Positions 8,561 to 19,308 of a stretch of 64,000 nucleotides of DNA are shown piece by piece. The position numbers and the translations under genes were made by a program. Under the pieces are notes generated by a model. That model had not been told where the DNA came from. It searched no databases and saw nothing but the letters and a program-made list of their open reading frames with translations. Source of the stretch: a virus (taxonomy: Duplodnaviria > Caudoviricetes); the IMG/VR virus record IMGVR_UViG_2751185671_000004, positions 1 through 64,000 of that record. One strand, written 5' to 3'. Position 1 is the stretch's first letter; the number at the start of each line of letters is the position of its first letter.

Positions 8561-10756
8561 TTAGTCGCATTTTTCATCTTTTTTATCTTCAGATCTCACC
8601 CATATATCAGGGTTTTCAACCGGTAACACAGCCCCTGATTGCGCACATTTATAGTGGGTAGGTTTAACCCTAAAGAGCACATCATCGACCTCTTTACCGG
8701 CATCATCGCGGGCGACTTTTTTGGGTAGTTGCATCTCTTCGATACACACATAACCAAACTTACTTCCGATAGGTTTTCTTAACCCGTATTTATCTGAGTC
8801 TTTAAAAAACTTAATATCTCCTTTTGTTGCATGGACATTGAGACGCTCAACAATAGTTCTATTCCCTCCTAAACCTTCAGTGCCTTCAAATTTTTCAGCA
8901 AATTGAGCGATAGTATAGGCACGGCCTTGTAACGCTTCATCGTAGAGTAGTTGTAAAATTTGATCACCTTTACGGCGCCGTTCCGCATCAAGTTTTTCAC
9001 CATAATCTTGATTAATAAGACGTTCACTTTCTGGATCTATTTCTACCCATTGTCCATTTTTTTTGTCGATATATTTATCTGCGATAGCCGGGCCATTACG
9101 TAATTCAAAGGTCAGTGCTCGTTCAGAACGATCTTCATAAGGTTTATATAACAGTGCACCCGTGGAATAATACCCGCGTAAACTACTGGCTCCTGAGAAC
9201 GATAAAAAAGGATCTTCAATAAGCTGACGTTTTTGTATTTTCTTGGTGTGATGGATGATAATCACCCCCGCTTTTGGATTGATTTCATTGCGTAATTTTT
9301 TAACACGCTCTTTTAAAAAATACAGCATGGCATTATTGTCATTTTCACCTGCGCCCTCTTCACCCCCATCAAAAACATTACGCAAAGGATCGATCACAAT
9401 AACGTCGATAGGTTCCTTTTCTGAGGCTTTTCGCAACATTTTTTTAACTTCAAGCATCCCCTCATCATTTAAAATAAAATCTAATTCTGGAGTGATAAAT
9501 AAATTATCAGAGGCACGCCAAAGCATGAGTTCTTTCATATTCATATTTTTAATACGCTCTCGCAAATAGTGGTATTGCACCTCCGCTTGTAAATAAAATA
9601 TACGTAATCGTTTTGTTGGCTTCAGTCCGATAAAAGGCTCGCCTGCAGCCATATGCATTAACAACGATAAAATAAAATCGGATTTACCCACCTTGGGAGC
9701 ACCCCCTAACACCATCATACCGCCGGGGGTGAGTACGCGAGGCTCAATTAAATCATCGGGGATAGGTGTGTCATCTGCCAGAATTTCTGTGAGTGTGTAG
9801 GCCCGCATAGGCTCAGGCACGTCTATGTTTGTTTTAGACGTATTTTTAATAAACTCGTTAACGTCGACACCGTCATCAATAGCGTCTGCCACATCCCACT
9901 TTTCCGGTTTGTCTTTAGGGATGTCCAAAATACTTACTGAAAGCGCCCCTACAGCAGCTATAGCACGTGCCGCATTGTTAGCATAGGTGCGTCCTGGCTC
10001 ATCGTTATCTGGCCATATCATGACGTGTTTATTTTTTAGTGGTGACCAGTCCGTCTTATCCACTAATGTATTCGCCCCTCCCATCGCTGTTGTTGCAATA
10101 TTACCGGTAGCGGATAAGGCATCCGCACACTTTTCACCTTCCACAAAAATAATAGTGTTATTTATCGCTATGGCAGGCTGTTGGTAGAGCGGTCTTATTT
10201 TGGGGGCTTGCTGCTTGCGAGCTTTAACATCCCAAGGTCTAAACTCTTTCCCGCCAGGGGGATCGTAGCGGTAGACGCAAGCAATTAAATTACCCTCACT
10301 ATCATGGTAATCCCATTTCGCTGTTACTGGACCTAAGTCATCCATTGGGGGCACTTTTTTTCTTTTAGGTATTGGTGAGGGGGATACCGGTGCAGTACCC
10401 AACCACTGTGACACGGATTCAATGACACGTGAAAAATCCCGACGAATATCAAAGCCTTTATGATGCGCCCATAAATCAAAGATATCACCGCTCTCGTTAG
10501 TAGCGAAGTCATGCCATACGCCTGCTTTACTTCCGTGCAGCTCGATGACAAGGCTTTTGCCTTTGTTACCGTCAATATCGCCGACAATAAATTGTTTTTG
10601 TTTCTCTTTACCTTCAGGGAATAAATAGTTCAACACATGAGGCAATTGATCCAGTAAACGTGACTTGACCTCATGAGTCGAGAGTTGTGTGTCTTGCTCA
10701 TCCGGATCGATTTGGTCATTCGCCGAACTAAAATCTAAAAAGTTATTAATGGTCAT
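8561..10756 (-). CDS. Primase-helicase (TOPRIM + AAA_25/RepA-like)
   Basis: FVEGEKCAD, WPDNDEPG (TOPRIM); GAPKVGKS Walker A, VIVIDP Walker B, IIHHTKK. Confidence 0.9.
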   Translation of the reverse strand: MTINNFLDFSSANDQIDPDEQDTQLSTHEVKSRLLDQLPHVLNYLFPEGKEKQKQFIVGDIDGNKGKSLVIELHGSKAGVWHDFATNESGDIFDLWAHHKGFDIRRDFSRVIESVSQWLGTAPVSPSPIPKRKKVPPMDDLGPVTAKWDYHDSEGNLIACVYRYDPPGGKEFRPWDVKARKQQAPKIRPLYQQPAIAINNTIIFVEGEKCADALSATGNIATTAMGGANTLVDKTDWSPLKNKHVMIWPDNDEPGRTYANNAARAIAAVGALSVSILDIPKDKPEKWDVADAIDDGVDVNEFIKNTSKTNIDVPEPMRAYTLTEILADDTPIPDDLIEPRVLTPGGMMVLGGAPKVGKSDFILSLLMHMAAGEPFIGLKPTKRLRIFYLQAEVQYHYLRERIKNMNMKELMLWRASDNLFITPELDFILNDEGMLEVKKMLRKASEKEPIDVIVIDPLRNVFDGGEEGAGENDNNAMLYFLKERVKKLRNEINPKAGVIIIHHTKKIQKRQLIEDPFLSFSGASSLRGYYSTGALLYKPYEDRSERALTFELRNGPAIADKYIDKKNGQWVEIDPESERLINQDYGEKLDAERRRKGDQILQLLYDEALQGRAYTIAQFAEKFEGTEGLGGNRTIVERLNVHATKGDIKFFKDSDKYGLRKPIGSKFGYVCIEEMQLPKKVARDDAGKEVDDVLFRVKPTHYKCAQSGAVLPVENPDIWVRSEDKKDEKCD

Positions 10757-10784
10757 AATAAAATGTGTGCTCCTTAAGTCTCAT

Positions 10785-11171
10785 TTAGAATGGAATGTCA
10801 TCAGAATATAAATTCTGTAATCGTGTGGTGTAGTTATGAATAATCGTATGTATCAGCCCGTGTATTTCTTCTTTGGTATAGTCGAACAATGCTTTCTCTG
10901 AACCAACGTTACACACGTAGGTAGCAAGTGGATTAATAACAGCTTCTCTTGCTATTTTTTCAAAGTCGTTTTTTTCACTTTCTGTCACGATGATGCCTTG
11001 TGTAAAGTAGTAGTAATGAATATCTTGGCAACGCTTTGAACAAAAGCGTAAGTGTTTTTTTTGCTGGTTTTTCTCCTCTGGATAACGCGTAGTATTGGTG
11101 TGATGATTCTGTGGATTTGACCAACCAAACCCACGCGATCGGGCGTAGCAAATAGCGCAGCAATAGGACAA
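10785..11171 (-). CDS. DUF6511-like Zn-binding phage protein
   Basis: CAIC..RGFGW..FCSKRCQ, C-terminal DDIPF. Confidence 0.7.
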   Translation of the reverse strand: MSYCCAICYARSRGFGWSNPQNHHTNTTRYPEEKNQQKKHLRFCSKRCQDIHYYYFTQGIIVTESEKNDFEKIAREAVINPLATYVCNVGSEKALFDYTKEEIHGLIHTIIHNYTTRLQNLYSDDIPF

Positions 11172-13664
11172 CTACACCACCTGCTCTTTTTGCTTAGCGG
11201 CAGTAAAAATAATGCGTTGAATATCGTTTTTATTAAAATTAAACGCAATTAAACAACTGGCGTGATAACGCGTTAAGCTGAAGTTATAGGTGTACGTTGC
11301 CGGTAAATACTTGAGCTGTTGTGGTGTCGCGGTTTCATTGAGCCATTGACGAGATTTTTCAGCCCCCCCTTCGGTTTCGTTAAGATTAAGCCAGTCGTCA
11401 CACGCAGCGATACATAACGTTCTCTCGCCAACGGACAGCAGTCGTGTGTGTTGTTGTCGAGCACCCGCTACCGCATACCAATGGCCATATAAATAAAAGG
11501 CGCCTGCCCACGCAGCAAACCCTGTGGCCATCATGGCTGTACTATCGTGGTAAAGATCCACCCATTTAAAACTAGAGCGTGAAAGTAAGTCGACCTCTGT
11601 CATGACAAAGTCACTTAACTCTGCACGGCTATCATTAGCGGCGGCAGCGCTACCAACGGGAACATTGAAGGAATAGCCACATAAGGGACACAGTCGACAC
11701 CCCGCAGGTATAGCAGCATCACACTCAGGGCACGACTTTTGAGGGGCATCCTCACCCACCCCCTCGCCTTCCAAGTTGACTTCTTGTTCAAGCTTGCCAT
11801 GAATAAGCGAGCTAGTCCCAAAGTCCAAGATAATGCAATCTGTTTTGATAATGTTAGGGTACTCATTGGGATCGACCGTGCGGAGTCCTCGACCCACCAT
11901 TTGAATCATGGTGCCTTGATAACTGTTCGGGCGTAATAGCACCACACAACTGGTGGGGGTGTAATCATAGCCTTCGGTTAAGACATCCACATTAACCACC
12001 ACTTGAGATTCCCCTGACTCGTAGCGTTCGAGCCTTTCTTTGCGTTCCTCTTTGGTTAAGCCCCCATAAATAACTTCTGTATTAACACCTCCTTTTTGAA
12101 ACGTTGACGCCACATTCTTAGCGTGGCTGACGGTGGAACAAAAAATAATCGTAGGCCTGTCTGACGATTTTTCTTTCCAATGTTTTAGAACAGACTCATT
12201 AATTAATGTTTTATTCATGATGGCGTTAACGGCATTCATGTCAAAATCATTGGCCGTTTTTTTCACTTGGGACAATTCACCTTGCGTACCCACATCAATC
12301 ACATAAGTAACAGGCTTCACAAGATGGCCTGCCTGAATTAATTCACCTAACGTAATTTGATCGGCCACATTAGAAAACGTCTCCACGAGTCCTTTTTTAT
12401 CGCCACGGTTGGGGGTGGCGGTCACACCATACAAGGCAAGCTCGGGATTCTTCTTACGTGCCGCATCAATGATTTTTTGATAACTGTCTGCTGCCGCATG
12501 ATGAGCCTCATCGATGACCAATAAATCCAATGCGGGTATTTGCTGAAGATTACTTTCTCTTGATAGCGTTTGAACCATGGAGAAAGTGGTATCGCCTTGC
12601 CAGGATTTTTCGTTCGCATCAAATACGGAGGTTGTGAGCGTCGGATTCACACGTAAGAATTTGGCATTATTTTGCTGGGTTAATTCATCGCGATGAGCCA
12701 GCACGCACGCTTTAGCGCCTTGATTTTTTTTAGCCCACTGCCCAACCACCCCCGATAGCATGATCGTTTTACCGCTGTTATGAGTGACAGTGAAATCACC
12801 CATTATATATAGGTGATCCTGATCAACAGAAAAACCATAGTAATCACCCAACCCCACTTTGTGTACGGCAAAGCCTGTGTGTAAGACATTCTCCTTATGG
12901 GTACTTTTGGATATCATCAAACCATAGTACCTCATCCCATTGACGGTTTTGGACTTAGACAATGGATATAACCCTAAACTACGCGCAATAAACGCCACAT
13001 CGTCAACGAGTTCTTTCGATGCTGTAGAAAACGCCATGATATTTTGTGCATAGCTATTTTTATGACCGTCAGAGTCAAGTAATCCTGATAGCAGTGCTTC
13101 ACGCGTTTCTCTTGATCCCGTTTTATAGTGGTGTGGAATCAGCGGTGGACAATGCATTAAGTGTTTGTCACCTAACAATAACCCGAATAAATACGGATCG
13201 ACAGAAGGTGCTTCTTGTTGAGGAAAATCAATTGCTGTTCGGTAAAGTTTGTGTTCACGTTTAAAATTGGTGCTTTGTTCCAGATAAGCGCTCACACTAA
13301 TGTTTACAATATTATTAGTAACATTATCCGCTCGTTTATTATCGGGGATAACGTTCCCAGTTTTGACTAACGAAAGAATATGATCTTTATTGACAGTAAA
13401 CGGTTCGCCTTTTGATGGACGTATCTCATACATCCTATCGGTTCCCTGATATAAACGTTGGACATGACGAGGGCGGCTATCGGGTCCCATGAGGGTATCG
13501 CCAACCTGAATGTCTTCGACTGGCTTTATTGTGCCGTTATACATTAACAGTAATGTGCCTGGTGCATGACACCCCGTAGGTGCCACACCCAACGTATTTT
13601 TGTATTTATCGAGCGCAGCAAGGCTCCGCTCGACAAACGTGGTTTGTCGAGGTCTTAGTAACAT
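11172..13664 (-). CDS. SF2 (DEAH) helicase with C-terminal Zn ribbon, contains an intein
   Basis: APTG|SGKT split Walker A, DEAHH, TAT, QMVGRGLR, CPEC..CPLC. Confidence 0.92.
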   Translation of the reverse strand: MLLRPRQTTFVERSLAALDKYKNTLGVAPTGCHAPGTLLLMYNGTIKPVEDIQVGDTLMGPDSRPRHVQRLYQGTDRMYEIRPSKGEPFTVNKDHILSLVKTGNVIPDNKRADNVTNNIVNISVSAYLEQSTNFKREHKLYRTAIDFPQQEAPSVDPYLFGLLLGDKHLMHCPPLIPHHYKTGSRETREALLSGLLDSDGHKNSYAQNIMAFSTASKELVDDVAFIARSLGLYPLSKSKTVNGMRYYGLMISKSTHKENVLHTGFAVHKVGLGDYYGFSVDQDHLYIMGDFTVTHNSGKTIMLSGVVGQWAKKNQGAKACVLAHRDELTQQNNAKFLRVNPTLTTSVFDANEKSWQGDTTFSMVQTLSRESNLQQIPALDLLVIDEAHHAAADSYQKIIDAARKKNPELALYGVTATPNRGDKKGLVETFSNVADQITLGELIQAGHLVKPVTYVIDVGTQGELSQVKKTANDFDMNAVNAIMNKTLINESVLKHWKEKSSDRPTIIFCSTVSHAKNVASTFQKGGVNTEVIYGGLTKEERKERLERYESGESQVVVNVDVLTEGYDYTPTSCVVLLRPNSYQGTMIQMVGRGLRTVDPNEYPNIIKTDCIILDFGTSSLIHGKLEQEVNLEGEGVGEDAPQKSCPECDAAIPAGCRLCPLCGYSFNVPVGSAAAANDSRAELSDFVMTEVDLLSRSSFKWVDLYHDSTAMMATGFAAWAGAFYLYGHWYAVAGARQQHTRLLSVGERTLCIAACDDWLNLNETEGGAEKSRQWLNETATPQQLKYLPATYTYNFSLTRYHASCLIAFNFNKNDIQRIIFTAAKQKEQVV
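12777..13571 (-). mobile_element. Intein (265 aa) with partial LAGLIDADG endonuclease
   Basis: Begins CHAPGT, block B VNKDHIL, ends VTHN followed by Ser; LSGLLDSDG motif. Confidence 0.92.
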
Positions 13665-13691
13665 GATTAAAATCCGTCGTGTGTTAGGTGA

Positions 13692-14414
13692 TTAACCTGC
13701 CCAAGGAGGACGGCCTGTGGATGTTGTCGTCTTTTGCTGACTCATCACTTGTGGCGGTACAGTAGTATGGTGTTGTGGTAGAGCGTTCGTGTGCGATGAT
13801 ACGTGTTGTTGCTCCTGTAGTGTTTGCTGCTGACCATAACCTACGTGAGATGTATTCACCGGCATAGTATTGTGCTGAGGCATAGAGAAAGTAACTGGCA
13901 CATTCCCCATGATTGAAGCGTAGTGTTTATTCTCTGGCGTCACTGCCACATGAATAATATTACGCGGCTCATTATTTTTATCTCCCTTATCAATACCAAT
14001 TTTCGCCACAAACTCAAGACCGTCTAAGTCCGCAAAACCCGTAATGGAAAGTGCTTGCATCGCATGATTTGAGAAATCGTCTTTCTTTATTCCACGGGCA
14101 GAGCATAAGATCGCTTTCACAAAGGCGCGTCCCATCTGCGACCATTTTTCGCCTTTCGGACTATGCAACCCCACGAGCGACCAAATTTTTCGGCGAGCAT
14201 ATTCACCTTCTAAAATAATAAATTCACAATTTAAATATACGGCGCCCGTATCTTCGCTCAGTGTGGCATAGCCGCCCGTCCAACCCATGTCAGGATTATC
14301 ATAACCGCCGGGTTTTATGGCGATTCTCACTTTGGCTAAGGTGCCTTTGGGAATAATGTCAAAGTCCACTTGATCGTCGGCATCATTAAAGTTTGTCCAG
14401 TTCGTATTCATCAA
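13692..14414 (-). CDS. Putative phage ssDNA-binding protein
   Basis: IPKGT..IKPGG..YLNCEF..GEYARRKIW, Q/T/P-rich tail ending RPPWA. Confidence 0.65.
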   Translation of the reverse strand: MMNTNWTNFNDADDQVDFDIIPKGTLAKVRIAIKPGGYDNPDMGWTGGYATLSEDTGAVYLNCEFIILEGEYARRKIWSLVGLHSPKGEKWSQMGRAFVKAILCSARGIKKDDFSNHAMQALSITGFADLDGLEFVAKIGIDKGDKNNEPRNIIHVAVTPENKHYASIMGNVPVTFSMPQHNTMPVNTSHVGYGQQQTLQEQQHVSSHTNALPQHHTTVPPQVMSQQKTTTSTGRPPWAG

Positions 14415-14435
14415 ATAATCTGTTCCTTCAATAAA

Positions 14436-15344
14436 TTAGTGTGTGGTGTTGTCGTGTGTGGTGTTGCGTGTATTTTTAGATTGTAACGGTGGTTGCGTGT
14501 CTGTTTGTAAAGGCTCTCTAAGACCGTAGTCGAGATGGTGAACCATCATGTCTGAAGGCCGTTTTATTTTTTCCATGAGACGACCCAAATGTGGCTCTTC
14601 AATGACATCTAATTTGCGACTTCTATCCTTCGCCGGATAACCATAAGGATTTAATGTATGATTAATAAAGGCACGATAGGGGGTGCCATCTTCTGAAGGC
14701 AGGTCTGCCATAGTAATGACCTGATCGACAATCCCAGGCAATTCTAATCCGGTTTTAGACCCTTCGATTTGTGGCTCAAAAACACGGCGATTAAATTCAT
14801 CCACCTTTTCATCGAGTATTCCAACAAACCAGACACTTTTATTGCGTGTATGTTGTAGGTGCGTTAACCACGCAATCATTTCTTGCCCATGTAAGCCATA
14901 GGCGCCACGAGTATCGGGTTTGCCTGTGCGCTCACTAAACGCTTGTGGCTGGCCTTTACACCACTGAAAACACAAACGACCGGCAACAGTAATAGAATCA
15001 ATAAAAATAATATCGTAGGTATTTAATTGTTCAGGGTTACCATACTTTTTACACACAGCATTAAAGTGCGCTTCGCTATAGGATTGTTCGTCACGCAGCG
15101 CGTAATTAGGCCCACCAATAAACACAGCAAAATCTCGGCACTCTTGCCATGTCTTGGGCCTAAAGGTATCACCATTCCAATCCTCCACGGCGAGATCACC
15201 GGCTTCGATATCAAAAAATAATGTCGACGATGTCGGGAGCGTTAACAGTAAAGACGTTTTACCGATACCACTTTTACCGAAAATACAACCTTTAATACCT
15301 CGGTTCTGTGATCGCCGTTGTTCTGCTGTGATAAGAGGAAACAT
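14436..15344 (-). CDS. AAA_24 (Sak4-like) ATPase
   Basis: GKSGIGKT, FDIEAG, FIDSIT, AKDRS, EEPHLG. Confidence 0.88.
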   Translation of the reverse strand: MFPLITAEQRRSQNRGIKGCIFGKSGIGKTSLLLTLPTSSTLFFDIEAGDLAVEDWNGDTFRPKTWQECRDFAVFIGGPNYALRDEQSYSEAHFNAVCKKYGNPEQLNTYDIIFIDSITVAGRLCFQWCKGQPQAFSERTGKPDTRGAYGLHGQEMIAWLTHLQHTRNKSVWFVGILDEKVDEFNRRVFEPQIEGSKTGLELPGIVDQVITMADLPSEDGTPYRAFINHTLNPYGYPAKDRSRKLDVIEEPHLGRLMEKIKRPSDMMVHHLDYGLREPLQTDTQPPLQSKNTRNTTHDNTTH

Positions 15345-15556
15345 TATGCACGCACCTCCTGAGCTTTTTCACCGGTACTTTTACGCAAAGACTGTGCTTC
15401 ATACGCGATAATATCTTCTTCGCGATATACCACACGGTTATGTAATTTTAAAAAGGCAGGGCCAATACCTTTTGAGCGCCAATTAGCGATCGTGCTTTCA
15501 CTTAAATTCCAACGAAGGGCAAGTTGTTCTTGATTAAGATGTGAGGCTAATGTCAT
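15344..15556 (-). CDS. AlpA/Xis-like HTH DNA-binding protein
   Basis: LNQEQLALRW..SESTIANWR..GIGPAF.KL..RVVY. Confidence 0.85.
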   Translation of the reverse strand: MTLASHLNQEQLALRWNLSESTIANWRSKGIGPAFLKLHNRVVYREEDIIAYEAQSLRKSTGEKAQEVRA

Positions 15557-15596
15557 AAAATCTCCTAACGTATTCAGAAGATATTATGAAGAAGCG

Positions 15597-15651
15597 TTTG
15601 TACTCGCGTCTAGTGGGCTTTGTACTCGCGTTTGTACTCGCGATGTACTCG
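15597..15651. repeat. Four direct repeats TGTACTCG(CG), probable operator array
   Basis: Copies at 15599, 15621, 15633 and 15644 upstream of the replication operon. Confidence 0.75.
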
Positions 15652-15728
15652 GACACAATTTTTTTTCAAAAAAAAGATTTCACTGGAAAAATGAAACCTT
15701 TTTGAACAAAGAAAGGGAACTGAAAAAA

Positions 15729-16883
15729 TTACAACGTGATATTGAAACTATAAAAACCACGCTTAGGACTAACAATATAATCTCGCCAATCTGAAGAGCT
15801 ACTAAATAAAGATTGTATCCTCCTAGCCCCACCTTTCTGTCCTGGTATTTTAGTGTACTCAAGTATTTCTTTCGCTGGCAGCTCCCAACGTCCCTTTTTA
15901 GCTTGTTCATACATATGCTGAACAGCTAAGGAACGACGCTCGCCAGTAATATACCAATCTGGCTTCCCTTTTATTTTTAAGATACGTCTCGCTACATCAT
16001 AGTGCACGGGGAGATAAGAGGCGTCTGATGTAACGTAGTGAAGTTTAAGGGGGGGTTGTACGTGATTAACCTGAAATAGTGCCTGACTATCCACCGACGC
16101 TTGGTGAGAGTTACCCGTCAACAATTGATAACGATAGGGCTTAGGGTATTGTATTTTTCCTACGTCGCTAATATTTAGAAGATAACGGGCAAAAAATACC
16201 GTATTCATTTTACGTGTATATAGCGTACTGGCCGTCACATCCGTTATCCCTGTTCTAGGATCGTAGACGATACTGACGGCTTTCGACCATGATTTAGAAA
16301 GTAATGCCGTGCGCCCATCAATGGGATAGTCATTGGCTTTGGGTAAGCGATTAAGGTACACAAGAATTTTAAAATTATAAGAATACTCTGAGAGTAAGCG
16401 CTTGACGACTTTTATATCAATATCTTCTTCAGGGTATCTCAGCATACCCGCTAAATTGCGTTTATAATGTACGAGCGGATGCTGGCCCTCGTTTAGAGTC
16501 AGCAATGGCGGCAACTGAAATACCGTGGTATTAGGGTCAGAAAGATGATCCTCTGCTAACAATACAGCGACGACTTCATGAAACAGCTGTTGATGGTGTA
16601 CATAGAGCCAAAGGCTTTGCTCATGTTCGTTGTCGATAGAATAAAATGTCTGCCGTTCTCCGTAAGACATCGCAGAATTTACTGAGGTAAGATCAAAGCG
16701 CCTAATGCTTTGAGCCACTAAAAAAATCGAGTCTGCCCACATATTCGCGGTATTCACACCGCCTTGAGTATCATGAGAGGCAGCGGCTATTTTAGAATGG
16801 ATAAGTGAATGATAAGTATCGGTGTTAACAGCATGTAACAAACGCGTACACGGATCAAGAGACATAGGCATACTATCGTCCAT
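15729..16883 (-). CDS. Hypothetical protein, possible C-terminal winged-HTH regulator
   Basis: 384-aa ORF; C-terminal ELPAKEILE..RIQSLF..WRDYI..RGFY. Confidence 0.55.
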   Translation of the reverse strand: MDDSMPMSLDPCTRLLHAVNTDTYHSLIHSKIAAASHDTQGGVNTANMWADSIFLVAQSIRRFDLTSVNSAMSYGERQTFYSIDNEHEQSLWLYVHHQQLFHEVVAVLLAEDHLSDPNTTVFQLPPLLTLNEGQHPLVHYKRNLAGMLRYPEEDIDIKVVKRLLSEYSYNFKILVYLNRLPKANDYPIDGRTALLSKSWSKAVSIVYDPRTGITDVTASTLYTRKMNTVFFARYLLNISDVGKIQYPKPYRYQLLTGNSHQASVDSQALFQVNHVQPPLKLHYVTSDASYLPVHYDVARRILKIKGKPDWYITGERRSLAVQHMYEQAKKGRWELPAKEILEYTKIPGQKGGARRIQSLFSSSSDWRDYIVSPKRGFYSFNITL

Positions 16884-17236
16884 GGTAAAAAAACGAATCT
16901 AATAAAGCGTAAAAATTTAAAAACCAACTACTGAAAAGCTACCACGACGTGATATCAGTATTATGCAAACAAAAAATAAATAATAAGGATCAAAGCCAAA
17001 TCGCTTTTATTTCACTTGTTAAGTTTATTTATAATTAACAATGGAAAAATAAAAGCTTTAAAAAAACCTCCCTAGAATTACTTTCTCTTACCAGCAGTTA
17101 TATGTTCTTATAGTGCAATACAAAGAGTTACTAATTGTCCTATCGCATCCCCCTTCATTTATTTTCTACAATAAGAACATCTGTTAATAACAAAGGTTCC
17201 TCACAAGTGACAAACAACAAGCGATTAGCTCATGAC

Positions 17237-17371
17237 ATGACAGCCGAAGAGCGGATAAAAGAAATTGCTGAAATACTATCAAATGGATTAATACGTAAAC
17301 GATTTCAAGCATTATATCAAAAAGACAAGCGGATTCATGCAGACAAAAAAGCTTTAAACGCCAAAATATAG
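17237..17371 (+). CDS. Small protein preceding DUF2924
   Basis: MTAEERIKEIAEILSNGLIR motif typical of this position; start uncertain. Confidence 0.5.
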   Translation: MTAEERIKEIAEILSNGLIRKRFQALYQKDKRIHADKKALNAKI

Positions 17372-17451
17372 CGAAGACTAACTAACAGCTTGCTTCGTCT
17401 GCCTACCTGAGCGTACATGGAAAACCTATTATCAACATACAAAGGACAGCC

Positions 17452-17934
17452 ATGCCGATAACAGAAACACCCCCTTCTACACTGACGCAGATCATGCAGT
17501 TTGAAAGTATGACAATGAAAGAACTGTTAGTCATGTGGCAGAAATTCAACCCGACACCACCCCCAGTGCGAGCACGAAGCTATATTGAACGACGTCTGGC
17601 TTATGCATTACAAGTTAACGCGTTAACTGCTGAAGATAAGAAAATAGTCGCTAAAAATACACAACGTATCAGGGAGATTAGCCAAACATACGCACCCAAC
17701 AAAAGCAAAAATAAACAAGGCACCTATATTCCAGTACCGGGCACCATTTTGAAGCGGCTTTACAACGATGTGGAATACGAAGTGATTGTTCTATCAGATG
17801 GACAGTTTGAATTTCAAAAACGTCTTTACAAAAGTTTATCCAAAATTGCGAAAGAGATTACCGGTACACATTGGTCTGGGCCTACGTTTTTTGGTTTGCG
17901 TAAGCCTAACACCCCATCGAAAAAGAAAAAGTGA
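17452..17934 (+). CDS. DUF2924 domain protein
   Basis: PGTILKRLY..YKSLSKIAKEITGTHWSGPTFFGL. Confidence 0.9.
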   Translation: MPITETPPSTLTQIMQFESMTMKELLVMWQKFNPTPPPVRARSYIERRLAYALQVNALTAEDKKIVAKNTQRIREISQTYAPNKSKNKQGTYIPVPGTILKRLYNDVEYEVIVLSDGQFEFQKRLYKSLSKIAKEITGTHWSGPTFFGLRKPNTPSKKKK

Positions 17935-17949
17935 GGGAAAGAAAAATAG

Positions 17950-19308
17950 ATGAGCAAACATGTTATACCTAAACGCCGATGTGCTGTCTATACACGAAAA
18001 TCCCACGAAGAAGGACTCGACCAAGATTACAACTCTATTGATGCTCAAAAAGATGCCGGACACGCGTATATTGCTGCGCACAGAAGTGAAGGCTGGATTT
18101 CAGTGAACGATGACTATGATGATGCCGCCTATTCTGGTGGGACACTGGAACGCCCTGCCCTAAAACGCTTAATGAAAGATATTGAAGAAAATAAAATTGA
18201 TACGGTAGTGGTATATAAAATAGATCGCCTGACCAGAAGCCTCCATGACTTTTCGCAGCTTGTGGCGATATTTGAGCGCATGAACGTATCCTTTGTTTCT
18301 GTGACGCAGGAATTTAACACGACTAGCTCCATGGGGCGTCTAATGTTAAATATCTTATTATCCTTTGCGCAATTTGAGCGTGAGGTCACGGCAGAGCGCA
18401 TACGAGATAAAGTGGCCTCGAGTAAAAGAAAAGGCTTATGGATGGGAGGTATTCCACCGCTCGGCTATGACGTTAAAGATAGGCTATTAGTGGTTAACAG
18501 CAATGAGGCTAAGACAGTCCGCCACATATTTTCTCGCTTTTTAGAGATAGGATCAGCCACACAACTGGTAAAAGAATTACGCCTCGATGGGATAACAACA
18601 AAATCGTGGACAACGAAGGATAATAAACACCGTCCTGGGAAACTCATCGATAAAGGCTTTATTTACAAGCTTTTTCAGAATCGAACGTACTTGGGTGAGA
18701 TTGGACACAAGGGCCAATGGTATGAAGGTAAGCACGATGCCATTATCGATAAGACACTCTGGGAAGCCGTCCATAAAAAGCTCGCCGACAGCTATAAGGC
18801 CAAAGGTAACAATACGCGTGCTAAGGTTCCCTTTTTGTTAAAGGGATTGCTATTTGATGCAGAAGGTCGTGCCCTCACTACTTCATTTGCCAATAGTCGG
18901 CACAAAAATGGTAAACGCTATCGTTATTATCTCAGTATACGTGACGCGAAAGAAGGGGCTGGCACTTCCGATTTAACCCGGTTTCCAGCCAGTGAACTAG
19001 AAACGGCTGTGACAACACAAGTCATGACACTATTAAAGTCGTCAGAGATCGTCAAGGAGGTGACCACTATCGCTCAGGTTCACGATGATGAATTAGACGA
19101 AGCCATGGTAGCAGTCGCGCTGACAAAAATGACAACCTTATGGGAGCAACTCTTTCCTGATGAGCAAGCGCGATTGATTCATCTAATGATTGAAAAAATT
19201 ATTATCACCCCCAATGCCATGGATCTACGACTAAGAAAAAATGGACTCGAACAACTGGCACAAGAAATAACCCCGAAAACCTCTAAAAAGAAAGTGGTCA
19301 ATGGATAA
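17950..19308 (+). CDS. Large serine recombinase (integrase)
   Basis: CAVYTRKS catalytic Ser, RPALKRL, KIDRLTRS, FAQFERE, PPLGY, YLG recombinase domain. Confidence 0.95.
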   Translation: MSKHVIPKRRCAVYTRKSHEEGLDQDYNSIDAQKDAGHAYIAAHRSEGWISVNDDYDDAAYSGGTLERPALKRLMKDIEENKIDTVVVYKIDRLTRSLHDFSQLVAIFERMNVSFVSVTQEFNTTSSMGRLMLNILLSFAQFEREVTAERIRDKVASSKRKGLWMGGIPPLGYDVKDRLLVVNSNEAKTVRHIFSRFLEIGSATQLVKELRLDGITTKSWTTKDNKHRPGKLIDKGFIYKLFQNRTYLGEIGHKGQWYEGKHDAIIDKTLWEAVHKKLADSYKAKGNNTRAKVPFLLKGLLFDAEGRALTTSFANSRHKNGKRYRYYLSIRDAKEGAGTSDLTRFPASELETAVTTQVMTLLKSSEIVKEVTTIAQVHDDELDEAMVAVALTKMTTLWEQLFPDEQARLIHLMIEKIIITPNAMDLRLRKNGLEQLAQEITPKTSKKKVVNG

